A DNA stretch of 62,233 bases, counting the filler, from Candidatus Woesearchaeota archaeon (GTDB lineage: Archaea; Nanobdellota; Nanobdellia; Woesearchaeales; ARS49), in assembly GCA_016188265.1 (NCBI GenBank). It is 3 parts of 3 records of this genome, joined end to end, with 100 filler letters (N's around TTAATTAATTAA, not from the genome) between each part and the next. Parts side by side here need not be neighbours in the genome. Positions count along the whole stretch, not along the records: positions 1 to 29,440 come from JACPID010000004.1; positions 29,541 to 55,511 come from JACPID010000001.1; 1 more part is not named here. One strand, 5' to 3'. How positions within the stretch are numbered: position 1 is the stretch's first letter; every line of letters begins with the position of its first letter. The notes below the pieces were generated by a model. The model was not told where the DNA came from. It saw only the letters and a program-made list of their open reading frames with translations, and searched no databases. This document shows, piece by piece, positions 28,685-37,989 of the stretch. The translations under genes were made by a program, and so were the position numbers.

Positions 28685-28723
28685 CAATATTTCCTAAACG
28701 AACAAAGTAAACTCGGAAATACT
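28685..28723 (+). repeat. Dispersed hairpin repeat family C, copy 2
   Basis: CAATATTTCCTAAAC-GAACAAAGTA-AACTCGGAAATACT; similar to 21707-21744. Confidence 0.65.
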
Positions 28724-28766
28724 GTCAGCATAACAATGTTTATAAATTCCGGCAAATTTTCTTATT

Positions 28767-29132
28767 TTGAAAATGGAATATCAAGCAACTTTTGGAATTG
28801 ATGGCGGGGTTTCTCACGGTTTTGGAATTGTATATTCTGATTATGTGAGAGAACAAAAAGTAATTTTTGCGGATAGTCATCAAGTTGCTTATCAAAATGC
28901 TATGTCTATGGCAGGAAAATTTGCTGATGATTATTTAAGCAATCCAGATTCTGGTTTCACAACTGTTCAATTATTGTCTTTAAGAAGCCCTGATGAAGAT
29001 ATTTCTTTTGATGTTTCAAAATCAGTTGTGAAAAGAAGTTGGGTAGATCATGTAGCTAGAATTGCCTCTTTAGAAGATAAAATTGCTAGGGAAAAAGCGC
29101 ACTTCGTGAACCTTCTCGCCTTCGGCTCCTAG
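28767..29132 (+). CDS. Hypothetical protein; C-terminus runs into a repeat element
   Basis: 121-aa ORF after TTTATAAA box; last codons lie in mini-hairpin repeat sequence. Confidence 0.55.
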   Translation: MKMEYQATFGIDGGVSHGFGIVYSDYVREQKVIFADSHQVAYQNAMSMAGKFADDYLSNPDSGFTTVQLLSLRSPDEDISFDVSKSVVKRSWVDHVARIASLEDKIAREKAHFVNLLAFGS

Positions 29133-29204
29133 ACTTTTGCGTTCGCATGAAATTCTTTGAATTTCAGCGCACACAAACTGCATTGCAGTTTGTCGTGTTT
29201 TATT
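29128..29204 (+). repeat. Dispersed hairpin repeat family D, copy 1 (77 bp)
   Basis: Reverse complement matches 62010-62086 with about 4 mismatches. Confidence 0.9.
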
Positions 29205-29353
29205 AGAATGTATTTGTTTAATATTTCTTTAAGTTGTATTATATTCTTGGCTTTTCTTTTTAGATAACCTCTGAACTTATAAAAGAATTCTCATCGCTAC
29301 AGAGCTAATTTTCACGAATCTTTTTATACCAGTTGTCCTTTAATTTAAGTATT

Positions 29354-29440
29354 ATGGCTTATGAAATTGTTCTAGGCCGAGAAAAAGAGGAACGTGAATT
29401 ATTTGGAACAGAAGGAACTCTGCTTCTTGGAAAGCACTAT
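29354..29440 (+). CDS. 5' fragment of a gene cut by the contig end; possibly HerA/DUF87-like ATPase
   Basis: MAYEIVLGREKEERELFGTEGTLLLGKHY is open into the gap; the family guess rests on recalled N-termini only. Confidence 0.35.
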
Positions 29441-29540
29441 NNNNNNNNNNNNNNNNNNNNNNNNNNNNNNNNNNNNNNNNNNNNTTAATTAATTAANNNN
29501 NNNNNNNNNNNNNNNNNNNNNNNNNNNNNNNNNNNNNNNN
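29441..29540. other. Artificial contig linker
   Basis: 44 N + TTAATTAATTAA (stops in all six frames) + 44 N. Confidence 0.97.
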
Positions 29541-29542
29541 TT

Positions 29543-30811
29543 AAACATTACAAACAAAAAGATATTCAAGAAGCTCTTGTTGTTTGTGCTGAGAATAAAG
29601 AGGTTGCTGTTAAATACGGTGAAAATGGATTTGGTAAAAGGCCTGATATATTGCAATACTCAAATGATGTTTTGGAGTTTGCTAAAAAAGGCGCTACAAG
29701 TTTTCATTGCAGTGAAGAATTATGGAATAATCCTCTTGCTCTCAATCCTAGTCTTTCTAAAAATGAACTTGATAATTTAAGAATTGGTTGGGATTTAGTA
29801 TTGGATGTTGATTCAAAAGAATTGGCTTATTCTAAAATTGTTGCAGATCTTATTGTACGGGCGTTGCAGCATCATGATATTGAGAGTTTCTCAGTAAAAT
29901 ATAGTGGCAATCACGGCTTTCATATAGCAGTTCCTTTTGAATGTTTTCCTGAGATAGTTCATGATCAAGAAGTAAAGCATCTTTTTCCTGAAGGGCCGAG
30001 AAGAATTGCAGCTTATTTGAAGAAAATGATTAAGCCTTTGCTTGTTGATAAAATCCTCTCTTTTGATTCGTTGGAGAAAATTCAAGAAAAAACAGGGAAA
30101 AAAAAAGAAGAATTAATCAGTAAAGGAATATTTGATCCGTTTACTTTTGTAGATATTGACACTGTACTTATTTCAAGCAGGCATTTGTATAGAATGCCTT
30201 ATTCTTTTAATGAAAAAAGCGGTTTAGTAAGTATTCCTTTAAAGCATAATGAAATTCTTTGTTTTGAAAAAGAAGATGCCGATGTAAAAAATGTCAGTGT
30301 TGATGAAGTATTTTTGAAAAGATCAGTGCCATCGCAAGAAGCAAAACAGTTATTTATTCAAGCATTTGATTACACTCATGATCCAGAGCAAATTAAAGTT
30401 AAAAAAACACAATTTAAAGAATTTCAAGGCAGTGAGCTGGCAGTTCCTCAGCAATATTTTCCGCCATGCATGCAAAAAATCCTTCAAGGCTTGTCTGACG
30501 GTAAAAAAAGATCATTATTTATTTTAACAAATTTTTTAACTTGTTGCGGATGGAATTATGAAGAAACAGAGTCATTACTAAAAGAATGGAATAAAAAAAA
30601 CAGCGAACAATTGCGTGATGTGCTTTTACAAGGGCACCTTAAGTATCATCAACGAAATAAGAAAAAAGTGCTTCCGCCAAATTGTGATAATGAAGCTTAT
30701 TATAAAGGGTTTGGAGTGTGCAATCCTGATGAGTTTTGCGCTAAAATAAAAAATCCAGCTAATTATGCTATATTAAAGCAAAAATTAGCGCAAAGAAATT
30801 CTATGAAATAG
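29543..30811 (+). CDS. priS: Fused DNA primase (PriS catalytic domain plus PriL C-terminal Fe-S domain), 5' partial
   Basis: Frame is open from the gap (KHYKQKDIQ...); WDLVLDVD, SGNHGFH, RHLYRMPYS, then FPPCM...PPNC...C...C...KNP. Confidence 0.9.
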   Translation, partial: KHYKQKDIQEALVVCAENKEVAVKYGENGFGKRPDILQYSNDVLEFAKKGATSFHCSEELWNNPLALNPSLSKNELDNLRIGWDLVLDVDSKELAYSKIVADLIVRALQHHDIESFSVKYSGNHGFHIAVPFECFPEIVHDQEVKHLFPEGPRRIAAYLKKMIKPLLVDKILSFDSLEKIQEKTGKKKEELISKGIFDPFTFVDIDTVLISSRHLYRMPYSFNEKSGLVSIPLKHNEILCFEKEDADVKNVSVDEVFLKRSVPSQEAKQLFIQAFDYTHDPEQIKVKKTQFKEFQGSELAVPQQYFPPCMQKILQGLSDGKKRSLFILTNFLTCCGWNYEETESLLKEWNKKNSEQLRDVLLQGHLKYHQRNKKKVLPPNCDNEAYYKGFGVCNPDEFCAKIKNPANYAILKQKLAQRNSMK

Positions 30812-30816
30812 TAATG

Positions 30817-30962
30817 TTTATAAATCAGCCCGTACTTCTGTTGTTACTTTTAGTGAGTAAGCAGCCTGGCGAGAAGTTCTGTCAGTACAATGCTCACATG
30901 TTATATGTGATGTTAGAAGAACTTCTAGATGGTTTTGTAATATAATTAGATAGTGAGTATAT
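30817..30962 (+). promoter_or_regulatory. Promoter and structured 5' leader of the ribosomal protein operon
   Basis: TTTATAAA at 30817-30824; AGAAGTTCT/AGAACTTCT stem (30872-30880 / 30918-30926) enclosing a TCACATG-TTA-TATGTGA hairpin. Confidence 0.5.
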
Positions 30963-31988
30963 ATGCCAAGAGTAAGAAGCCCTAGAAAAAGTAGTATGGG
31001 TGTTTGGCCGCGAAAGCGCGCTACACAACCAAGAGCTAAAGTTAGGTCATGGTCTGTTAAAAAAGAAATTGCTCCCTTAGGTTTTCCAGGATTTAAAGCT
31101 GGAATGACTCAAGTTACAATTGAAGATAATATTCCAAACTCAATCACAAAAGGGGATAACATTGTTATTCCAACAACAATTATTGAGTGCCCGCCAATAA
31201 CAGTTTGTGGCATTACATTTTACAAAAACACAATAAATGGTTTAAGTTCTTGTTTTTGTGTTTTATCTCCTCAACAGGACAAAAATCTTTCTCGTTCTTT
31301 TCCACTTCCAAATTTAAACAAAGTTCAGGTCAGTAAAACAGGACAAACTTCTGTTGCAAAACAAAAAACAACAATTGATGAAGTTTCTCTTGATAGTTTT
31401 GATGATTTGAGATTGCTTGTTCATACACAACCTAAAGATGTTCAAGCTCTTGGAAGAAAATCACCAGATGTTTTTGAATTGGCTGTTAGTGGAAGCAAAG
31501 AGAAAAAATTAGAATATGCAAAATCTGTTTTAGGAAAAACAATAAGTATTGAAGATATTTTCAAGCCAGGCGAATATGTTGATGCTCGTGCTGTAACAAA
31601 AGGCAAAGGGCTTCAAGGGCCTGTTAAAAGATTTGGTGTTGCAATTAGGCATCATAAATCAGAAAAAACAAAAAGAGGCCCTGGAAGTTTAGGTCCTTGG
31701 CATGGAACAAATTATCATCGTGTTGCAAAAGCAGGCCAGATGGGTTATCACCAGCGTGTTGATTATAATAAATTAATTTTATCAATAGAAAAAGAAGGCA
31801 AAAAAGTAACGCCAATAGGGGGATTTTTAAGATATGGTGTTGTTAAAAATTCGTGTTTGCTTATCAAAGGCAGTTTGCCTGGTCCGAAAAAAAGAATGAT
31901 TTTACTAACACAAGCTATCAGGCCAAATAAAAATGTTCAGATTCAAGCGCCTGTTATTGTATCAGTAAGCCAAAGGTCGCAGCAATGA
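30963..31988 (+). CDS. rpl3: 50S ribosomal protein L3
   Basis: PRKRA, GFKAGMT, TKGKGLQGPVKRFG, GQMGYHQR. Confidence 0.97.
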   Translation: MPRVRSPRKSSMGVWPRKRATQPRAKVRSWSVKKEIAPLGFPGFKAGMTQVTIEDNIPNSITKGDNIVIPTTIIECPPITVCGITFYKNTINGLSSCFCVLSPQQDKNLSRSFPLPNLNKVQVSKTGQTSVAKQKTTIDEVSLDSFDDLRLLVHTQPKDVQALGRKSPDVFELAVSGSKEKKLEYAKSVLGKTISIEDIFKPGEYVDARAVTKGKGLQGPVKRFGVAIRHHKSEKTKRGPGSLGPWHGTNYHRVAKAGQMGYHQRVDYNKLILSIEKEGKKVTPIGGFLRYGVVKNSCLLIKGSLPGPKKRMILLTQAIRPNKNVQIQAPVIVSVSQRSQQ

Positions 31989-32788
31989 AACTAAAAATAC
32001 TTGCACCAAAAGGAGAATTAGGAAGTATTGATTTGCCTAAACAGTTTAGTGAACCAATACGTTTTGATTTAATTAAGCGTGCTGTTTTAGCGCTCCAATC
32101 GCATAAAAGACAGCCATATGGAGCTAGTATTGAAGCTGGAATGAGGCATAGTACAACATTGAGAAAAAGAAGAAGAAAATATCGCGGAAGTTATGGTAAA
32201 GGAATTTCAAGGGTTCCTAGAAAAATACTTTCTAGAAGAGGAAGCCAATTATATTGGGTGGGTGCAAGGGCTCCGGGGACAGTTGGCGGAAGGCGTGCAC
32301 ATCCTCCAAAAGCTGAAAAAATACTTGCTGAAAAAATAAATGATAAAGAACGTAGAAAAGCAATAAGAAGCGCGCTTCATGCAACAATGGAAAAATCTAT
32401 AGTTGAATCAAGAGGCCATATAGTTCCAAAAGAATATCCTTTTGTTGTAAGTGAAATTGAGTCTTTAGCAAAAACAAAGGATGTTAAACAATTATTTTTA
32501 AAATTAGGTTTTGAATCTGAACTTGAAAGGTCTTCAAAGAAAAATGTGCGTGCTGGAAAAGGAAAGTTAAGAGGAAGAAAATATGTTCGTAAAAAAGGAT
32601 TGCTTCTCGTAGTTGCACAGAAGTGTCCTTTATTAAAAGCTGCAAGAAACATACCTGGAGTTGATGTTATTACTGTTGAGAGTTTAAATACAGAACTGCT
32701 TGCGCCAGGAGCTGTTGCAGGAAGAGCAACATTATTTACAAAACAATCAATTGAAAAACTAGAAAAGGAGAATCTCTTTGTAAAATGA
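31985..32788 (+). CDS. rpl4: 50S ribosomal protein L4
   Basis: GTVGGRRAHPPK, RAGKGKLRGR, LAPGA. Confidence 0.97.
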   Translation: MKLKILAPKGELGSIDLPKQFSEPIRFDLIKRAVLALQSHKRQPYGASIEAGMRHSTTLRKRRRKYRGSYGKGISRVPRKILSRRGSQLYWVGARAPGTVGGRRAHPPKAEKILAEKINDKERRKAIRSALHATMEKSIVESRGHIVPKEYPFVVSEIESLAKTKDVKQLFLKLGFESELERSSKKNVRAGKGKLRGRKYVRKKGLLLVVAQKCPLLKAARNIPGVDVITVESLNTELLAPGAVAGRATLFTKQSIEKLEKENLFVK

Positions 32789-33045
32789 AATCGCCATTTG
32801 AAATAATCAATTATCCTATTGCAACAGAAAAAAGCATTCGTTTGATGGAGTTAGAAAATAAATTAATATTTTCAATAAAGAAAGATGCAAATAAATCTGA
32901 TGTAAAAAAAGCAATAGAAGATTTATTTAAAGTAAAAGTTGTAAAAGTTAATACATTTATTAGGGGATGCGAAAAACGTGCGTATGTTAAATTTCATCAA
33001 AGCACACCTGCAATTGACATTGCAACAAATCTAGGATTGTTATAA
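32785..33045 (+). CDS. rpl23: 50S ribosomal protein L23
   Basis: PIATEKS, KVNT, KRAYVK; operon position. Confidence 0.96.
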   Translation: MKSPFEIINYPIATEKSIRLMELENKLIFSIKKDANKSDVKKAIEDLFKVKVVKVNTFIRGCEKRAYVKFHQSTPAIDIATNLGLL

Positions 33046-33049
33046 TAAA

Positions 33050-33763
33050 ATGGGAAAAAATCTTATACAACAGGCAAGAGGCAAAGGAAGCACAACATAT
33101 CGTGCGCCTAGCTTTAGGTATAAGGGAAAAATATCTCTTCCACTACCGCAGAATAAGCTTATTTGTGGAAGTGTAAAAGATATTTTAAACTGTCCAGGGC
33201 ATGATGCTCCGTTAATTAATGTAAAATATGAAAATGGAGATGAGTGTTTATTAAGCGCTCCTGAAAATATTTGTGTTGGCGAACTTGTTTCATTTGGTCC
33301 TGGAGCTGAAGTTAAGCCAGGTAATGTGCTTGTATTAAAAGAACTGCCTGAAGGGACTTTTATTTATAATATTGAGCAAAAGCCAAATGATGGGGGGAAA
33401 TATTGTAGAACAACAGGATCAAATGGCCGTGTTATTATGAAAACTGATCAAGGAGTTGTTGTACAGCTTCCTTCAAAAAAAGAAATAATATTAAATCCTC
33501 AATGTAGAGCAGTTGTTGGAAAAATTGCAGGTGGTGGAAAAAAAGAAAAACCATTTCTAAAAGCAGGATTAAGATATCATGCAATGAAGGCAAGAAATAA
33601 ACTATACCCAAGATCACGCGCATGTGCAATGAACGCAGTTGATCATCCTTTTGGCAATAAAAGAAGTGCGAGAAAAGCAAAACAAAAGGTTGTAGGCCAT
33701 TTCGCACCTCCTGGAAGAAAAGTTGGAAAATTATGGGCCAGGCGAACTGGAAGGAAGAAATAA
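33050..33763 (+). CDS. rpl2: 50S ribosomal protein L2
   Basis: MGKNLIQQARGKG, AMNAVDHPFG, PPGRKVG. Confidence 0.97.
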   Translation: MGKNLIQQARGKGSTTYRAPSFRYKGKISLPLPQNKLICGSVKDILNCPGHDAPLINVKYENGDECLLSAPENICVGELVSFGPGAEVKPGNVLVLKELPEGTFIYNIEQKPNDGGKYCRTTGSNGRVIMKTDQGVVVQLPSKKEIILNPQCRAVVGKIAGGGKKEKPFLKAGLRYHAMKARNKLYPRSRACAMNAVDHPFGNKRSARKAKQKVVGHFAPPGRKVGKLWARRTGRKK

Positions 33764-33773
33764 GGTGTAAGAT

Positions 33774-34157
33774 ATGGCAATAAAAACATTTACATTTTAC
33801 GGAAAAACATTGGAAGAAACTCAAAAACTTAGTTTAAATGAGTTTGCAGATATGCTGACAAGTAGAAAAAGGCGATCTATTAAAAGAGGATTGACTGATG
33901 TTCAAAAAAAATTATTAAAAAAACTTAAAGATGGAAAAAATAATGTCAAAACTCATGCTCGTGATATGGTTGTTCTTCCTGAAATGATTGGTAAAACATT
34001 AAGAATACATAATGGAAAAGAATGGGTTCTAGTAACTCTTGAAAAAGAAATGCTAGGCCATTGCTTGGGAGAGTTTGCTTTAACAAGAAAGAAAGTACAG
34101 CACTCAGCTCCTGGTATTGGAGCTACAAGAAGCAGTGCAAGCTTATCGGTGAGATAA
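33774..34157 (+). CDS. rps19: 30S ribosomal protein S19
   Basis: [26 protein letters not shown]. Confidence 0.97.
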   Translation: MAIKTFTFYGKTLEETQKLSLNEFADMLTSRKRRSIKRGLTDVQKKLLKKLKDGKNNVKTHARDMVVLPEMIGKTLRIHNGKEWVLVTLEKEMLGHCLGEFALTRKKVQHSAPGIGATRSSASLSVR

Positions 34158-34628
34158 ATGACAACAAACTATCGCTACTCAGCAAAATGTGGGGAAAATT
34201 CTGCACGTGCATTGGGAAGAAATCTGCCAATCTCGCGAAAACATGCTGTTGAAATCTCAGCTCATATCAGAGGACTGCCGCTTTCAAAGGCAAAAAAGAT
34301 ACTTCAAAATACTATAGATATGAAAAATCCTATTCCATTTAAGCGCTATAATTGGAATGTAGGTCATAGAAGAGGCATGGGTCCTGGAAGATTTCCTGTT
34401 CTTGCATGTAAGGGAATTATAAAGATTTTGTCGCTTGCTGAAAGCAATGCTCAATACAAGGGATTGAGCACATCAGATCTTGTTATAAAACATATTAATG
34501 CACAACAAGGGCCTGTTTCATATCATTTCAAAAGAAAGGGAAGAAGAAAAGCAAAAAGTACTCATGTTGAAATAATACTTGAGGAACAAAAAAAACTAAA
34601 ATCACAAAATAAACAGGAAAATAATTGA
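34158..34628 (+). CDS. rpl22: 50S ribosomal protein L22
   Basis: ISRKHAVEI, GRFP, NAQYKGL, THVEIIL. Confidence 0.96.
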   Translation: MTTNYRYSAKCGENSARALGRNLPISRKHAVEISAHIRGLPLSKAKKILQNTIDMKNPIPFKRYNWNVGHRRGMGPGRFPVLACKGIIKILSLAESNAQYKGLSTSDLVIKHINAQQGPVSYHFKRKGRRKAKSTHVEIILEEQKKLKSQNKQENN

Positions 34629-34630
34629 AA

Positions 34631-35425
34631 ATGATTGAAAAAAAATTTGTAAGGGAAAATGTAAAAGAATTTCAAATTCAAGAATATATTTCGCAGAGCC
34701 TTAAGAATGTAGGGCATAGCCGCACAATATTGAAAAGAACACCTTTAGGTGAAAAAATAATTATTTTTGCAGCAAAACCTGGCTTGGTTGTTGGAAAGAA
34801 AGGAGAGAATATTAAAAAACTCACCCAGACTCTTAAGAAAAAATTTCATCTTGATAATCCGCAAATTGAAATATCAGAGGTTGAAAATCCATTATTGGAT
34901 GCACAAATTGTTGCAGAAAGAATTGCTTCAACATTAGAAAAATATGGTGTTCAAAGATTCAAAGCTATTGGGCATAGGACTTTGCAGTCTGTTATGGAAG
35001 CAGGAGCGCGTGGTATAGAAATCCTTATAGCTGGAAAAGTTCCAAGTGCTCGTGCTAAACGATGGCGCTTTTATGAAGGTTATTTAAAAAAATCAGGGGA
35101 GTTGGCTGTAACTGGAGTTAGGCATGCTTATGCATCTGCACAATTAAAAACAGGAACTATAGGCATTCAAGTAAGCATTATGCCTCCTGATCTAGTTCTG
35201 CCAGATGATGTTAAAGTTAGAACAGAATCAGAAATTAGTGAAGCTAAAATTAAAAATGATGCACTTCTTGAGAAAAAAGAAAAATCTGAAAAAAGCAAAA
35301 AAAGTGAAACTCCCAAGAAAAAAAGCACTCGTAAAAAATCAAAGCAGGAAAATAAATCAGAAAAGGATGTTGACAAAAAATCAAATTTAGAAGTTATTAA
35401 TGAGGAGCAAAAGAATGAAAATTAA
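34631..35425 (+). CDS. rps3: 30S ribosomal protein S3 with Lys/Glu-rich tail
   Basis: KPGLVVGKKG KH motif, GARGIEILIAGK, GTIGIQVSIMPP. Confidence 0.97.
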   Translation: MIEKKFVRENVKEFQIQEYISQSLKNVGHSRTILKRTPLGEKIIIFAAKPGLVVGKKGENIKKLTQTLKKKFHLDNPQIEISEVENPLLDAQIVAERIASTLEKYGVQRFKAIGHRTLQSVMEAGARGIEILIAGKVPSARAKRWRFYEGYLKKSGELAVTGVRHAYASAQLKTGTIGIQVSIMPPDLVLPDDVKVRTESEISEAKIKNDALLEKKEKSEKSKKSETPKKKSTRKKSKQENKSEKDVDKKSNLEVINEEQKNEN

Positions 35426-35615
35426 AGATTTAAAGGAATTGGGGAAAGAAGTGCTTCAGGAAAAATTCAAAGAATTAAAATTAGAGTTAATGAAAGAGCA
35501 ATCTCAAGTTGCAGTAGGAACTGCTCCTAAAAATGTGGGAAAAATGCGTACGATTAAAAAAACAATTGCGCGTATAAATTCATTGCTTGTAATGGAGGTG
35601 AAGGAAAAAATATGA
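35415..35615 (+). CDS. rpl29: 50S ribosomal protein L29
   Basis: MKIKDLKEL...KKTIARI; operon position. Confidence 0.93.
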   Translation: MKIKDLKELGKEVLQEKFKELKLELMKEQSQVAVGTAPKNVGKMRTIKKTIARINSLLVMEVKEKI

Positions 35616-35917
35616 CTATTTGTGCAAGATGTGGCTTGCCAAGTGAGTTATGTGTGTGTGAAAGCATTGCCAAAGAAACACTGAAAATAAATATAAGTGT
35701 TGAGAAAAAAAAATTCGGAAAACAGTACACAATAATAAATGGTATTGATGAAAAGGATATTGATATCGTGCAACTCGCAAAAGACTTGAAAGCAAAGCTT
35801 GCATGTGGAGGAACAATCCGCAATAACCAAATCGAGTTGCAAGGAAATCACAAGCAAAAGGTTAAAGAAATTTTGCTTGAAAAAGGTTTTGCTCCTGAAT
35901 CAATTGTAATTCAATGA
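35612..35917 (+). CDS. sui1: Translation initiation factor SUI1 (aIF1)
   Basis: CGLPSELCVC, LKAKLACGGT, IELQGNH. Confidence 0.95.
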   Translation: MTICARCGLPSELCVCESIAKETLKINISVEKKKFGKQYTIINGIDEKDIDIVQLAKDLKAKLACGGTIRNNQIELQGNHKQKVKEILLEKGFAPESIVIQ

Positions 35918-36174
35918 TAGAAAAAGCAAAATATAGAAGGCTGATGTATATAGGGAAAAAAGCCAGGATTGTTAAATCAAGCAATCCAGCGCTTGTTGGC
36001 TTAACAGGTGTTGTACAAAATGAAACAAAGTTCACATTCACAATCAAAACATCAAAAGGAAAAAAAATGATTAAGAAAAATGAAGTAACAATATGCATAT
36101 CTTCAGATAAAGAAGAGTTTGAAGTAGATGGAAGTTCATTAATAGGAGCGCCTGAGGAAAGAGTAAAATGGTAA
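35914..36174 (+). CDS. rnp1: Ribonuclease P protein subunit Rpp29
   Basis: IG...S.NP..VGLTGVVQNETK...G..L.G.PEER; conserved position between SUI1 and S17. Confidence 0.88.
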   Translation: MIEKAKYRRLMYIGKKARIVKSSNPALVGLTGVVQNETKFTFTIKTSKGKKMIKKNEVTICISSDKEEFEVDGSSLIGAPEERVKW

Positions 36175-36560
36175 TGAAAAAACAAACAACACAAACAAAT
36201 TGTGAAGATAAACATTGCAGTGTTCACAGTAATTTATCAATCCGCGGAAGGTCATTTATGGGAACTGTAACAAAATCAAAAATGTATAGGACTGCAAGTG
36301 TAGAGTGGCAGATCTGGAAATATATTCCAAAATATGAAAGATATGAAAAAAGAAGAACTAGAATTAATGCTCATAATCCTGACTGCATTAATGCAAACAG
36401 GGGGGATGTTGTAATAATAAAAGAATGCAGGCCTATAAGCAAAACAAAACATTTTATTATAGTTGAAAAACATGAAAAAGATATTGCATTTTTAGAAAAA
36501 GAAGAAGCAAAAGACATACTTAAACATGTAGGGGGTAAAAATGAAGCCATTGAAAGCTAA
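36168..36560 (+). CDS. rps17: 30S ribosomal protein S17
   Basis: KYERYEKRR, AHNPDC, ECRPISKTKHF. Confidence 0.96.
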   Translation: MVMKKQTTQTNCEDKHCSVHSNLSIRGRSFMGTVTKSKMYRTASVEWQIWKYIPKYERYEKRRTRINAHNPDCINANRGDVVIIKECRPISKTKHFIIVEKHEKDIAFLEKEEAKDILKHVGGKNEAIES

Positions 36561-36942
36561 AATATCAAGAGCACTGCCTCATTGCGCTAATATTGAAGCT
36601 TGTGATAATAGTGGTGCACGTATTTTGAAAGTAATAAGTGTGCGAAGCCACAAAACAGTGCGAGGTAGAATCCAGTCGGCAGGTGTTGGTGATTTTATAC
36701 GCGCTTCAGTAGTGGAAGGCAAGCCAGATATGCGCAAGCAAGTTGTTGCTGCAGTAATTGTTAGGCAAAAAAAGGCATATAGAAGATATAATGGAACTAG
36801 AATTAGATTTGAAGATAATGCTGCAGTAGTGCTGAAAGATGATGCAGGAAATCCAAAAGGAACAATGATCAAAGGCCCTATTGCAAAAGAAGTTTGCGAT
36901 CGCTGGCCTGCAATTGCAAAAGTAGCAAAAATAATTGTATGA
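36541..36942 (+). CDS. rpl14: 50S ribosomal protein L14
   Basis: CDNSGAR, FEDNAAV, PKGTMIKGPIAKE. Confidence 0.97.
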   Translation: MKPLKAKISRALPHCANIEACDNSGARILKVISVRSHKTVRGRIQSAGVGDFIRASVVEGKPDMRKQVVAAVIVRQKKAYRRYNGTRIRFEDNAAVVLKDDAGNPKGTMIKGPIAKEVCDRWPAIAKVAKIIV

Positions 36943-36949
36943 GGGAAAA

Positions 36950-37324
36950 ATGAAAGATTGGTCGTCAGCTTGGAAAAGCAGTAAAAAGCCTAGAAAACAG
37001 CACAAATATCTAGCTAAAGCTCCGCTTCATATTAAAAGTAAGTTTTTGCAAAGTCATTTATCAAAAGAATTGCAAAAAAATCATAAAATAAAAACATTAC
37101 GTGTAAGAAAAGGTGATAAAGTCAAGGTTATGAGAGGTTCATTTAAAGGTGTTGTAGGTGAAGTAATGCGTGTTGATGTTAAGCGCGAAAGAGTTTTTGT
37201 ACAAGGTGCTGAATTTGCAAAAAAAGATGGCAGCAAGATTGTTTATCCTATACATTCCTCAAAACTGTTAATTCAAGAATTATACTTGAAAGATAAAAAA
37301 CGATTAGGGGCAGAGAAAAAATGA
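36950..37324 (+). CDS. rpl24: 50S ribosomal protein L24
   Basis: SKKPRKQ, APLH, VRKGDKVKVMRG KOW motif. Confidence 0.96.
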   Translation: MKDWSSAWKSSKKPRKQHKYLAKAPLHIKSKFLQSHLSKELQKNHKIKTLRVRKGDKVKVMRGSFKGVVGEVMRVDVKRERVFVQGAEFAKKDGSKIVYPIHSSKLLIQELYLKDKKRLGAEKK

Positions 37325-37989
37325 GTAAAAATCATTTGAAGAGATTGTGCATTCCAAAAACTTGGAAGCAAGTACTGAAAAAAGACCATAAATTTATTAC
37401 AAAGCCAAATCCAGGTGCGCATCCTTTATCACTTGCAATAACAGTTGATTTAGCGCTTAGGCAACTTAAATTTGCAAATACTCGTAAAGAAGTAAAATAT
37501 TTGCTTCACAATAAAAATGTTCTTGTTGATAATAGAAGAGTTAGCGAGAGGCATTTTGCAATAGGATTATTTGATGTATTGAGTGTTGATGGCATGCATT
37601 ATCGTGTATTTTTAGATGAAAAAGGAAAATTATTTCTTCAACCAATTCAAAAAGATGTAAAACTAAAAGCTTCTAAAGTTATTGGGAAAAAGATTCTTAA
37701 AAAAAATAAGCTTCAAATAAATTTTAGTGATGGAAGGAATATTTTAGTTGATAAAGAAAAAATAGATTATGATATTGGTGATACTGTTGTTTTAGAAACT
37801 CCTGAACAACAGATAAAAGTAATTGTTCCTTTAAAGAAAAATGCCAGAGTTCTACTCACGCAGGGAAAACATGCTGGAGATAAAGGCGTTGTTGAAAACG
37901 TGGAAGGATTATTTGTTTGGTATAAAAAAGGAAATGATGTTATTAGAACGCTCAAAAAATATGCATTTGCACTGCCAGAATTCGTATGA
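37321..37989 (+). CDS. rps4e: 30S ribosomal protein S4e
   Basis: HLKRL..PKTW, PGAH, GLFDV, GKHAG. Confidence 0.96.
   Translation: MSKNHLKRLCIPKTWKQVLKKDHKFITKPNPGAHPLSLAITVDLALRQLKFANTRKEVKYLLHNKNVLVDNRRVSERHFAIGLFDVLSVDGMHYRVFLDEKGKLFLQPIQKDVKLKASKVIGKKILKKNKLQINFSDGRNILVDKEKIDYDIGDTVVLETPEQQIKVIVPLKKNARVLLTQGKHAGDKGVVENVEGLFVWYKKGNDVIRTLKKYAFALPEFV

Noticed and set aside
29441..29540. TTAATTAATTAA palindrome inside N runs (also 55512-55611)
   Set aside because: The identical N44-12-N44 structure at both sites is a synthetic six-frame-stop contig spacer; ORFs and adjacency across it are artefacts.
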